DNA from: a virus
IMG/VR virus record: IMGVR_UViG_3300005573_000001
Strand: one strand, 5' to 3'
DNA: 64,000 nucleotides
Shown here one piece after another: positions 19,448-28,146 of the stretch (positions are counted from its first letter, which is position 1; every line of letters begins with the position of its first letter). The position numbers and the translations under genes are program-made. A model generated the notes under the pieces. The model was not told the origin of the DNA and did not search any database. It saw only the letters and a program-made list of their open reading frames with translations.

Positions 19448-20013
19448 AGTACATCTCCTTTCGAGATAAAGTCTCCAGTAAGCTCATGTAGATAAGCTAA
19501 CAAGCGATCCAAGGTAGTAAGCAAAGTTAGCTCATCATTATAATTCTTAATAATGTAAATATCATCATGTCCCTTAAAGGCAAATGGCAAAGCCCAATAG
19601 CTCTTACCAACGGCAGCAGCTTCTTGGGCGATTTTCTGGAGCCATTCTAAATGGATAGTTATAGTCTTTGCTCCTCGACTGGTTGTCGTTCCTCTTTCTT
19701 TGCATTCAAAAAGCGCATCAGGTGTAACAACGTCTCCAGGGAAAGCCCAAAGAGCCCCACTAGCAGGACAACGGGAAGCACCACCTCGGATATTTCCACT
19801 CCCAGTAACACTGTTAAAACGCTTGACAACAGTCTTTTCAAAAGTCTCTCCCTTTCTCCTAGTCCTAGGTTTACCTAAAAGTCTGCGTGCAGCTTCTTTT
19901 TCCTTACGAATAAGCCACTTGGGCTTCTTAAAGAGCGACATACCATTGCAATTCTTGCAGAACGCAGTGTTCACACACACAGCATGTTGCTCGTCAGAAC
20001 ACTTATAATCCAT
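19444..20013 (-). CDS. Hjc-like Holliday junction resolvase (PD-(D/E)XK)
   Basis: KGETFEK, PASGA..PGDV, FECK motifs. Confidence 0.75.
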   Translation of the reverse strand: MDYKCSDEQHAVCVNTAFCKNCNGMSLFKKPKWLIRKEKEAARRLLGKPRTRRKGETFEKTVVKRFNSVTGSGNIRGGASRCPASGALWAFPGDVVTPDALFECKERGTTTSRGAKTITIHLEWLQKIAQEAAAVGKSYWALPFAFKGHDDIYIIKNYNDELTLLTTLDRLLAYLHELTGDFISKGDVL

Positions 20014-20016
20014 AAA

Positions 20017-20478
20017 CTACCTAAGCAAATTCTGTTCCACTTTAAGAACACTAGTAACGGTTATTAAACGTTCCTGACGCTGACGTATTATATCAAGGAC
20101 ACCATCAAGCATATCATAAACATACTCTAGAGTCGCCAGAAGCTCATAGAGATTCACAGCCTGACCGTTAAATACGTAATTAAGACACGCATTAGTAGCA
20201 GTAGCTCTACGAGCACTCTCATTAGAGCCAGTAGAGTTAACTCGTTCAACAATAGATATAAGGCGCTCTACTTGAGCCTTATATGACTTAAACTTAGCAT
20301 AGGCCATACGTAAGTTGGCAAACAGTGAGTCCAACGACTGAATAATATTACGAACCTGGCCTGTATCAATATCTGCGGGTATCTGACAACGTGATAGAGT
20401 AACGCGGGCACGTTCCATAACATCGTCTATACGATAAGCATTGACCTGTATCCTAATGTCTAGCACATTCATAACCAT
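20017..20478 (-). CDS. helical hypothetical protein (possibly a UvsY-like mediator)
   Basis: All-alpha pattern; AGGAGG RBS and its own promoter. Confidence 0.45.
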   Translation of the reverse strand: MVMNVLDIRIQVNAYRIDDVMERARVTLSRCQIPADIDTGQVRNIIQSLDSLFANLRMAYAKFKSYKAQVERLISIVERVNSTGSNESARRATATNACLNYVFNGQAVNLYELLATLEYVYDMLDGVLDIIRQRQERLITVTSVLKVEQNLLR

Positions 20479-20493
20479 CCTCCTAATACCTAA

Positions 20494-20522
20494 AGTATAC
20501 TATGAAGTAGGACAAATGTCAA
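20494..20522 (-). promoter_or_regulatory. SigA-type promoter just downstream of the RT gene
   Basis: Minus strand TTGACA-17 bp-TATACT. Confidence 0.8.
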
Positions 20523-20526
20523 GACT

Positions 20527-21381
20527 TCAGGGACCTACAGGTCCATGCTGTAGTAACTGGACTATTGCATCATACTGGGACTTATAAGGAGTAGAAGGAT
20601 CTATACTATAAATAAAACTAACCCAACCACCCAAAGTAAATAGGGAAACACCAATTATAGACGGCACATCGGCATAAGTAAGATTAGGATTGTTAGCGTA
20701 AGCCAACCGTAACTTGTGTAGGTTGCCGCGAACACGATTAATCAGTTTACGAGGAGCGTTAAGGCGGGTAACGACTGTAATACCAGTAACACGAGCACAC
20801 TTATTCTTGCCTACAAGGCGTGTCTTAGCATAGTTCAAAGAGAATCCCATACTGCGTATACATCTGTCTAACTCAGGCAAAATGACCTTCGCGTCTATGT
20901 ATGTTCCACTAATAGTAATATCGTCAGCATAGCGAGTATAAACTAATCCTCGTTTCGCACAGTACCGAGCAAGCTCAGAATCCAGAAAACTGAAGACAAG
21001 GTTACTAAGAAAAGGCGACGTAGGAGCACCTTGCGGTAGAACACCATCAAGGGTACACCAATAGGTAATATCTTGGGCATCACTAGGTGTAGCTAAACCA
21101 TGTAAGACAAGAGCCATAGCTACCATACCACTAGTTATCGAAGGGAAAAAATCCTTTAGATCAAGGCTGAGAATATAGCGACTAGAAACATGGTAAGCCG
21201 CATTGTGCCGAATAGACCGTCCAGGGACAAAACCAGTCACATAGACAGGCCAACTAACTCGACGCTGCAGGTCACGTAAAAGGCGACGCTGGAACCTCTT
21301 AAGCTCTGGGTTAGGCTCATAAAGTATACGCCACGATCCATCACGCTTTCTTATTCTATGCTGAATATACTGTCTAGTCAT
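20527..21381 (-). CDS. retron-type reverse transcriptase (284 aa from ATG 21381)
   Basis: HNAAYH (region X NAxxH), LDLKDFFPSI, LPQGAPTSP, YTRYADD, RVTG (region Y VTG); AGAGGA RBS before 21381. Confidence 0.93.
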   Translation of the reverse strand: MTRQYIQHRIRKRDGSWRILYEPNPELKRFQRRLLRDLQRRVSWPVYVTGFVPGRSIRHNAAYHVSSRYILSLDLKDFFPSITSGMVAMALVLHGLATPSDAQDITYWCTLDGVLPQGAPTSPFLSNLVFSFLDSELARYCAKRGLVYTRYADDITISGTYIDAKVILPELDRCIRSMGFSLNYAKTRLVGKNKCARVTGITVVTRLNAPRKLINRVRGNLHKLRLAYANNPNLTYADVPSIIGVSLFTLGGWVSFIYSIDPSTPYKSQYDAIVQLLQHGPVGP

Positions 21382-21393
21382 AATTCCTCTCGA

Positions 21394-21567
21394 CAAATCG
21401 CACAATAGGTGGCAGATATACACGAACACTAGTATTTGCTCGCCGGCTCAGTATTGTCGTCTAATTGCCGGGAGGCAACATTGGACGACAATATATTTTT
21501 AATTCTATATCTGTTAGCAGTATAGTTTGATTGTTAAAGCTATATCTGCCACCATACATGTGCCTTG
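21394..21567 (-). ncRNA. retron msr-msd-like ncRNA, module 1 (RT-proximal)
   Basis: Perfect 13-bp IR GGTGGCAGATATA 21408-21420 / 21541-21553; G immediately after the 5' arm (AUAUAGC); msr-like hairpin CTATA-CTG-CTAA-CAG-A-TATAG; msd-like hairpin 21452-21493. Confidence 0.85.
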
Positions 21568-21585
21568 GGCATAGACCCAATAGCC

Positions 21586-21677
21586 GTATGTCTTAGGGTT
21601 ATTACATAACTTAAACTAAACCCTCTCATTTCTCCCGTACTATTAGGTACGAGTCCTCTTCTAACCCTAAGACATAC
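21586..21677 (-). ncRNA. IR-bounded ncRNA module 2 (mini retron-like)
   Basis: Perfect 16-bp IR GTATGTCTTAGGGTTA 21586-21601 / 21662-21677; G after the 5' arm (UUAG); hairpin CUCGUAC-CUAAUA-GUACGGG. Confidence 0.6.
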
Positions 21678-21686
21678 TATCACAAA

Positions 21687-21873
21687 CAAGACACAGGTTA
21701 TGCTATACACGAAGTGACTCTTATATCTTGAATTCACTTGATCTCCTCCAGGCCACTTCTGCAGCTCCTCTCCTCAGCTGTTACTCAATCAGCTGAGGAG
21801 AGCGTTTTAATTGTTTAATTGTTATCAATAAACCTTGTATATTATTATTGTGACTATAGCCTCCTGTGTCTTG
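21687..21873 (-). ncRNA. retron msr-msd-like ncRNA, module 3 (RT-distal)
   Basis: IR CAAGACACAGG 21687-21697 / 21863-21873 continued by GCTATA/TATAGC; G after the arm (CUAUAG); perfect 13-bp hairpin 21768-21802; shares TATACACGAA and AATTAAAA with module 1. Confidence 0.75.
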
Positions 21874-21881
21874 CGGCTATA

Positions 21882-22592
21882 CTACATCATAGTAACACCT
21901 AACCTTATTCCTTCTAATCCGGCTATATCTACATCAACAGGAGTAATAGTAACTTCACTTGACAATGGTTCAATATCAAGATTAGTCAAGAAGCGCCTAT
22001 ATAGGAGATATATCTGCATTATAAAGGCCGGAGAGCTAAGCTCTGTATACATATAACCCATAACACCACTACGAATAAAGCTCTGAACGTTCTTTATAGG
22101 CATGCCAGGATACTTAACAGATAAGTAATGATACAAGATCATATGACTTATAATAGTTGAACTAACCATTCCATGCGTAGCTAACGTATAGAACGGATTA
22201 GTTCTCAATCCCTCACTATCAACAGTAAACGCGAGAGAGTTCACAAACGCCAAAACATTCTGAACAGTATCAGGTAACGTCGTCACTAATTCCTGCGGTC
22301 TTTCAGTCGTATCAAAACACGCCTCAAGTATAAGAGAGTTCACATAAGAACTAGGGAGAAAATTCGTAGGCAAAGATACAGATACTTGCGAATTAGGACA
22401 ATTTCTTAGCTCATAATACGGCACAGGATCTATCTGTAACTTAAGCAACAAGATATAAAAGAGACTAATCAAGTGATCTAGATGAGCAACTATACACCCA
22501 CGAGGAGAAAGCGACCTAATAGTCCGTATCCTTATTTCAGGATCAGATAAAATACCAAGAGAAAGATCAGTCATAAACAAAGTCCTTTCCAT
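21882..22592 (-). CDS. hypothetical protein directly upstream of the retron ncRNA array
   Basis: 236-aa ORF coupled to UDG; stop codon lies 8 nt from module 3. Confidence 0.6.
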   Translation of the reverse strand: MERTLFMTDLSLGILSDPEIRIRTIRSLSPRGCIVAHLDHLISLFYILLLKLQIDPVPYYELRNCPNSQVSVSLPTNFLPSSYVNSLILEACFDTTERPQELVTTLPDTVQNVLAFVNSLAFTVDSEGLRTNPFYTLATHGMVSSTIISHMILYHYLSVKYPGMPIKNVQSFIRSGVMGYMYTELSSPAFIMQIYLLYRRFLTNLDIEPLSSEVTITPVDVDIAGLEGIRLGVTMM

Positions 22593-23179
22593 TATTGTAA
22601 AACGTTAGCCCTAGCAACTACCTGATGCAGGGCGCTGAGGACCTGATTAGCCAAAGTTGTGCCCAAAGGAGTATCAGTACCAATGCGCAGTAAATAACTT
22701 GGGTGGTAGATAACGGTAACATCACGATTACCAAGCCTATGCCAAGTGCCGTGAACCTGCGTGATACCGCTTGTAATACCTAAAATAGCCCGCATAGCAA
22801 CCGCACCCGTGCATACAATAATTTGTGGATTTACCATAGCAATCTCAGCGTCGAGAATGTAGGCACAGGCAGCCACCTCAGCAGGAAGCGGTGTACGATT
22901 AGCGGGGCCTGACATAGGCCGACACTTCACAGTATTAGTAAGATAAACATCAGAAATAGGTATGTCAGCCTGAGCAAGTAATTGTCTAAAGAGCTGACCG
23001 GCAGGACCAACAAGGGGAGTTTTTTGAATGCACTCAACAGCTCCGGGAGCCTCAGCAATAAACATTATCCTAGCATTAGAATTACCAACGCCAGGAACGT
23101 GAACACTACGAAATAGACTGCATTCCTCACAGTTATCTACAAGTTGACAAAATTGATCATACGTCATAAGAAACTCCAA
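22592..23179 (-). CDS. udg: uracil-DNA glycosylase family 4
   Basis: CEECSL, IAEAPG, LVGPAG, TNTVKCRP..NRTP, YHPS. Confidence 0.93.
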   Translation of the reverse strand: MEFLMTYDQFCQLVDNCEECSLFRSVHVPGVGNSNARIMFIAEAPGAVECIQKTPLVGPAGQLFRQLLAQADIPISDVYLTNTVKCRPMSGPANRTPLPAEVAACAYILDAEIAMVNPQIIVCTGAVAMRAILGITSGITQVHGTWHRLGNRDVTVIYHPSYLLRIGTDTPLGTTLANQVLSALHQVVARANVLQ

Positions 23180-23472
23180 AAACTAAGGGCACGATCACGA
23201 GACTGTAACTGTTCCTGGGCGTAGCGACGGCCAACCTCAACACGGGTCTCACAGGAAGGGCGCACACCAAAATCAGAGAGAGCTTCAAGAAGTACCGTAT
23301 TACGCCCTACAGCAACTATTTGATAAGGTATGCCAGATTCAACTAGAAAGCGTCCTAGAATGCGACCCTGAGCCTTAGCACGTCGATCAATAGTAGACAA
23401 CCTACGCCAATTAGACCTACAAGAGGCAGATGGATTGGGGCGATAAAGCAACTCGTCAGGTATATAGACCAT
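23164..23472 (-). CDS. hypothetical protein
   Basis: ORF between dnaG and udg. Confidence 0.5.
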   Translation of the reverse strand: MVYIPDELLYRPNPSASCRSNWRRLSTIDRRAKAQGRILGRFLVESGIPYQIVAVGRNTVLLEALSDFGVRPSCETRVEVGRRYAQEQLQSRDRALSFWSFL

Positions 23473-23474
23473 AA

Positions 23475-24590
23475 TTACCTCACAGTAAGACTAATACCAA
23501 GAGCCTTCTCAACAGCAGTAATATAAGCAAGACGATCAGGACGGCTCTTAGGTATATATATCAAGTCAAGTACCTTCTCAAGCGTAGTGCGAAGAAGCTT
23601 AGTTGACTCAAGCTGGTAATCGGCTAGACAGCTAGTAATCCTAGAGAGGATAACATCATAAGCACCCTGCCTGATGAGATCTAAACTATGCTCACGATTA
23701 GCCAAGAAGAACTCATCTGGGTCAACAGAATCTGAAAAGAATACCTCAACTACGAAACCAGCTTGGCATAGTACGTCAGCCATCCTAGGAGCTTCCGCTT
23801 GACCAGCTTGATCATTATCAAGAAAGAGAATTACTCTCTTAGTTACCTGCTGCAATAAAGCAACATGTTCCTTAGTCAAGGTAATACCCATTAAGGCGGC
23901 AGTAGGCACTCCATATTTAAGACCAAGAATGGCGTCGTTATATCCCTCAACAAGCACGATACAGCCAGTCTTAGCAGCCAAAGCTTTAGCACTGCTCCAG
24001 CCATATAATAAGGCTCCCTTCTTAAAGGTACTGTTCCGGTACTTAGGATCAGCAGCATCTGGATGAAGCGGATCTTGCCTATAAGCAAAGCCAATAATAA
24101 CCCTAGACTCATCAGCAACAGGGTACACCAAATGACCCTGATCGTCAAGTCCAAGAAGCCAGCGCTTAATCATAGCTTGATCTATACCCCGAGAAGCCAA
24201 GTACCGGAGGTAGTCAGGGCTTTGCAGGAGCCGTGCATGATAAGCAGTAGCCTGCTCACGAAGTGCTATTTGTTCGTCTGTTAACGTCAACTGTAATCCC
24301 ACCCTTCTCGCTAGGGTTTCTACTGCATCCTCAAAGCTAAGGCCGGCAAGAAAGGCATACAAATGTATCACAGTACTACCTCCCGTAACGGCTCTAGTTC
24401 CAGCCGAACAACCATAGCAGTAGAAACTCTGAGTCTCTGGATAAACAACAAGGGACTTTGTGTGCACGTCTCCATGCGGACAAAGTCCCTTATACACTGA
24501 ACCACTGCACTCAAGGTGCAGACCAGGAAACTCCTTGGCTATCTCGACAATGTCAAGCTGTTCCTTGAGTTGTCTGACTAGCGAATCCAT
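23475..24590 (-). CDS. dnaG: DnaG-type DNA primase
   Basis: CHC2 zinc finger (CPHGD..FYCYGC), KYRNS, TOPRIM VEGYND, FLDNDQAG, DPD. Confidence 0.93.
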   Translation of the reverse strand: MDSLVRQLKEQLDIVEIAKEFPGLHLECSGSVYKGLCPHGDVHTKSLVVYPETQSFYCYGCSAGTRAVTGGSTVIHLYAFLAGLSFEDAVETLARRVGLQLTLTDEQIALREQATAYHARLLQSPDYLRYLASRGIDQAMIKRWLLGLDDQGHLVYPVADESRVIIGFAYRQDPLHPDAADPKYRNSTFKKGALLYGWSSAKALAAKTGCIVLVEGYNDAILGLKYGVPTAALMGITLTKEHVALLQQVTKRVILFLDNDQAGQAEAPRMADVLCQAGFVVEVFFSDSVDPDEFFLANREHSLDLIRQGAYDVILSRITSCLADYQLESTKLLRTTLEKVLDLIYIPKSRPDRLAYITAVEKALGISLTVR

Positions 24591-25404
24591 TAGTACCCTC
24601 CATCGTATAGCGGCGCATCAATAAAGCCCTACAGGCAGGAAGCTGAGGGACAGGTTGTTGCAGAAGAGCAGTAATAAGTTCCAAAGACATAGGTACATCA
24701 ATTATGCGCAATAAGTCATTAAGCATAAGATCCATAGTCTGCTGGCCAGCAAACTCATACATAAGGGCCGAACCAGCAACATCTTGAGTTCTTATAAGGT
24801 TAACTACAATCTGTACTCCTTGAGCTACATAGTACCTAAAGATACGGAAAAACAGGGGGAGCTGGGAAGTAGGGCAAACATCCACAAAGAGAACCCGTCC
24901 CGGGATAGACATAATGTTCTCCAGCCGTAATATTAGGTCCAAGCAATAGAAGGTACTATTCATAGTAGAGGTTACAGTAAGAGGAAGCCTACGAAGAGGT
25001 GTACCGTCAACAATAAGGCTAGAGTACCCATAACACTCCGAAGAAGAGTGAGGGTCAAGAGATAGGCCAACAAGCCGTACACCGAAGATGTCGAAGAATC
25101 TATTGGCAAGCCAGTCAGAGGTATGAGAGGACAGGAACGTAGTAATCTCACTAGAACGGTCTAGACTCCATGAAAAAACATAGTTATCAATGCTATAGAG
25201 AAAGTGTATGCGGGCACTCAACGAAGGATCAACAAAGTGAGGAACAAGTGTAAAGTTGCTATAAGAAATAAAGCGTACAGGTACAAAGCGGGAACGTAAA
25301 GTAGAGAGATTAGCCCAGACAGAGAGCGCAGTAAACGGAAAAGTAAGAGAGATAGAAGAAGAAGAGTCCGTAGAAGAAGGCAACGAGAGCGAATCAACAA
25401 TCAT
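24553..25404 (-). CDS. hypothetical protein
   Basis: 283-aa ORF, AAGGAG RBS. Confidence 0.55.
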   Translation of the reverse strand: MIVDSLSLPSSTDSSSSISLTFPFTALSVWANLSTLRSRFVPVRFISYSNFTLVPHFVDPSLSARIHFLYSIDNYVFSWSLDRSSEITTFLSSHTSDWLANRFFDIFGVRLVGLSLDPHSSSECYGYSSLIVDGTPLRRLPLTVTSTMNSTFYCLDLILRLENIMSIPGRVLFVDVCPTSQLPLFFRIFRYYVAQGVQIVVNLIRTQDVAGSALMYEFAGQQTMDLMLNDLLRIIDVPMSLELITALLQQPVPQLPACRALLMRRYTMEGTNGFASQTTQGTA

Positions 25405-25406
25405 AA

Positions 25407-25991
25407 CTACTCCTTCTCACTAGTAACTACGACGTCTATTAGCCCATAAGCTTTGGCTTCCTCAGGTGTCATAAAGAAGTCTCGGTCAGTATCGACAGCT
25501 ACTTTCTCCAAAGGCTGACCAGTCAACTGTGAGATAATAGCATTCAGGCGAGCCTTTATATCACTCATATGCTTGGCATGGATCAGGACGTCGCTAGCAG
25601 GGCCCTGAGTACCACCCATGGGCTGATGAATCATAATCTCGCTGTTAGGAAGAGCAATTCTCTGAGAACCCGCAGCCAAGAGGATCGCGGCCATCGACGA
25701 AGCCATACCTATACAGATAGTCTTTACGGGAGCAGAGATGTAGCGCATAGTATCGTAGATGGCAAGGCCAGCAGAAACACTGCCACCCACACTATTGATG
25801 TACATCTCAATAGGTTGATTGCTGACAGTGTTAAGGTAAAGCAAGGTAGCTATTACGTCGGCAGCCATAGCATCGTCAATCTCACCGATTATAAACATCA
25901 TCCTGTCTTTAATCAGTTTAGAGTAGACATCCATATAGCGACGACTCTCAGCATCTTCAATAGCTACAACCATATTTCTAATCGTATTCAT
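25407..25991 (-). CDS. clpP: ATP-dependent Clp protease proteolytic subunit
   Basis: YINSVGGSV, GMASSMA (catalytic Ser), MIHQP (His), DRD (Asp), EAKAYGLID. Confidence 0.95.
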   Translation of the reverse strand: MNTIRNMVVAIEDAESRRYMDVYSKLIKDRMMFIIGEIDDAMAADVIATLLYLNTVSNQPIEMYINSVGGSVSAGLAIYDTMRYISAPVKTICIGMASSMAAILLAAGSQRIALPNSEIMIHQPMGGTQGPASDVLIHAKHMSDIKARLNAIISQLTGQPLEKVAVDTDRDFFMTPEEAKAYGLIDVVVTSEKE

Positions 25992-26200
25992 AAGACACCT
26001 TTCCGCTTAGGGGATTTCCCCATAGCACAATAATAAGTTATTTCAGCCTTACAGGTAAGGCATTTAGTAACAAACATATATTTAAGCCCCTTAGCATAAT
26101 AATGCTGCGGGGCTAAACCGTAGTTAAGAATATTAGAGAACTCATCAGAGCCACAGGAGGGACAAACAAAGTCCTTACCTTCAAGAATATAGCGCTTCAT
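25988..26200 (-). CDS. small Zn-ribbon protein
   Basis: CPSCG..CLTC. Confidence 0.55.
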   Translation of the reverse strand: MKRYILEGKDFVCPSCGSDEFSNILNYGLAPQHYYAKGLKYMFVTKCLTCKAEITYYCAMGKSPKRKGVL

Positions 26201-28146
26201 AGCATCACTATATTATCCTTGGGTAACTCAGACAAGAACCTGCTAGGTTTTAAAGCCTGATATGTAGCATTAATAGAGCGAAAGACACAGTAGCTCAAAT
26301 AAAGCCTAAGCTTAGCTCTCGTTACAGCAACATAGAAAAGGCGGCGTTCTTCTTCAAGTTCAGCTGAACTGGTCGCACTAGTTGAGTGAGGGAAAATACT
26401 CTCGTTTAGGCCAACGACGAAGACAACCTTATACTCAAGACCTTTAGCCGTATGAATAGTCATAAGCTTGACAGAGTTGTCCGACTTGATCGTATCATGG
26501 GCCAGAACCATAGTAACGGAGTTTACCAGCTGTAGAAGAGCCTGAATTACAGTCAAGCCGTCCTCAAAGGCCATATCATCAACAACGTTGAGAAACTCAT
26601 AGTAGTTCTGAAGACAGTCCTCGTCGCCCGACTTAGCAGCCTCGTCTATAAGCATTTGCTTATAGCCAGTCATATCGCAGACAGCATCAATAATACCACG
26701 TAAGGGCACAGTAAGTGGCGTATCGAGCAGAGCGCGGATCTCATCAACAAGGGCAACAAAGGCTTGTAGTTTCTTTAACGTTGAGACAGTAATACCTAAG
26801 TCGCTAGTCTCAAGACTAGCCAAGACATCAGAAAGACTACGATTATGATCGGTTACCTCAGAAACCAGCTTAGAAATAGTAGCCTCACCTAGGCCGCGCT
26901 TAGGGAGATTGCAAATCCGTATGAAGGCAGAGACATCATCCTTATTTACGATGTAGCGCAGGTAAGCAACTATATCCTTAGGCTCCTTACGCTGATAAAA
27001 ACTAATGTTACCAATAAGCTGGTAGGGAACGTCACTACTAAGCATAGCATCTTCTATAACCCTAGACTGGTAATTAGCGCGATAGAGAATAGCAATATCC
27101 CCATAGGAGACATTATAGGATTCAACTAAGTTAGTAATGCGAGTAACCAGCCACTTGGCCTCAGCTATATCGTTAGGGGCACGATGTAATAACACCTTGT
27201 CGCCCATAGCATTAGTAGTCCAAAGCTTCTTCTTAAGTTGCTTACGGTTGTTAGCAATGACAGCATTAGCAGCCTCTAGTATGTTACCGGTACTACGGTA
27301 ATTCTGTTCAAGTTTAAAGACATTAGCACCATAGCTCTTGGGAAAGTCGAGGAAGTTCTGAACACTCGCATTACGCCAACTATAGATATTCTGAGCATCG
27401 TCACCTACTACAAAGAGATTATGGTGGACGGAAGCGAGCTCGCAAGCAAGGGTATGCTGAGCATAGTCACAATCTTGATATTCGTCAATATGGATATAGC
27501 GGAACCTATTAGTAAGAACATCCCTAGCTCTACCGGGAGTCTGGACAAGGGTGACTGCCTTGCAAATTAAGTCATCGAAGTCTAGACTATTTGACTGCAC
27601 CAAGGTTTCTTGATAGATACGGTAGAGGTTAGCGAGGAACTTCTCATTAGGACGGAGAGCATCACGTAAAGCATCCTCAGGAGAAAACACACGGGCCTTC
27701 ATCGAACGAATATACTCTTGAGCGTCATAGATCTGTTGCGAAGTAGGCTTGCCACCGATAAGGGAGGTATAAATCTGCTTTAGGATTTTCTCCTGCGAAT
27801 CCTCATCAACAATAGTAAAGTCTTTACGTATACCAGCCTCAGTACTAAACTCTATCAGCAGGCGCAAACATATGCCATGAAAGGTACCTATCCATATGTC
27901 ATTAGCAACAGGTCCTACTAAACTATGGATACGCTGCCGCATCTCAGCGGCAGCCTTATTAGTAAAAGTTATAGCTAGAATACTAGCTGGATCGACACCT
28001 GAAGCTACTAAGTAAGCTATCCTATGCGTAAGAACAGCAGTCTTCCCACTACCAGCCCCAGCTACAGTCAAATTAAAGCCCTCAGTACACTGAACAGCCT
28101 TGCGTTGCTCTTCATTCAAGGGCTTCAGGATTGTCTCCTTCGTCAT
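26197..28146 (-). CDS. pcrA: UvrD/PcrA superfamily 1 helicase
   Basis: LNEEQ, AGAGSGKT, TFTNKAA, DEYQD, VGDDAQ, QNYRS, EERRLFYVAVTRAK. Confidence 0.95.
   Translation of the reverse strand: MTKETILKPLNEEQRKAVQCTEGFNLTVAGAGSGKTAVLTHRIAYLVASGVDPASILAITFTNKAAAEMRQRIHSLVGPVANDIWIGTFHGICLRLLIEFSTEAGIRKDFTIVDEDSQEKILKQIYTSLIGGKPTSQQIYDAQEYIRSMKARVFSPEDALRDALRPNEKFLANLYRIYQETLVQSNSLDFDDLICKAVTLVQTPGRARDVLTNRFRYIHIDEYQDCDYAQHTLACELASVHHNLFVVGDDAQNIYSWRNASVQNFLDFPKSYGANVFKLEQNYRSTGNILEAANAVIANNRKQLKKKLWTTNAMGDKVLLHRAPNDIAEAKWLVTRITNLVESYNVSYGDIAILYRANYQSRVIEDAMLSSDVPYQLIGNISFYQRKEPKDIVAYLRYIVNKDDVSAFIRICNLPKRGLGEATISKLVSEVTDHNRSLSDVLASLETSDLGITVSTLKKLQAFVALVDEIRALLDTPLTVPLRGIIDAVCDMTGYKQMLIDEAAKSGDEDCLQNYYEFLNVVDDMAFEDGLTVIQALLQLVNSVTMVLAHDTIKSDNSVKLMTIHTAKGLEYKVVFVVGLNESIFPHSTSATSSAELEEERRLFYVAVTRAKLRLYLSYCVFRSINATYQALKPSRFLSELPKDNIVML

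Noticed and set aside
21540-21737. 65-aa ORF inside the retron array, and the 21429 start for the RT
   Set aside because: Both overlap the strongly paired ncRNA stems, and the RT has a good RBS before ATG 21381. A small peptide cannot be fully excluded.
20527-21873. Diversity-generating retroelement or group II intron
   Set aside because: The RT is short with retron NAxxH and VTG motifs and no maturase domain. I saw no TR/VR pair differing at adenines and no avd gene.
21394-21873. CRISPR array
   Set aside because: The units are bounded by inverted repeats that differ between modules; there are no identical direct repeats with regular spacers and no cas operon.
25407-25991. ClpP as a prohead maturation protease
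   Set aside because: It resembles housekeeping ClpP and lies among replication genes with no portal or capsid genes nearby.
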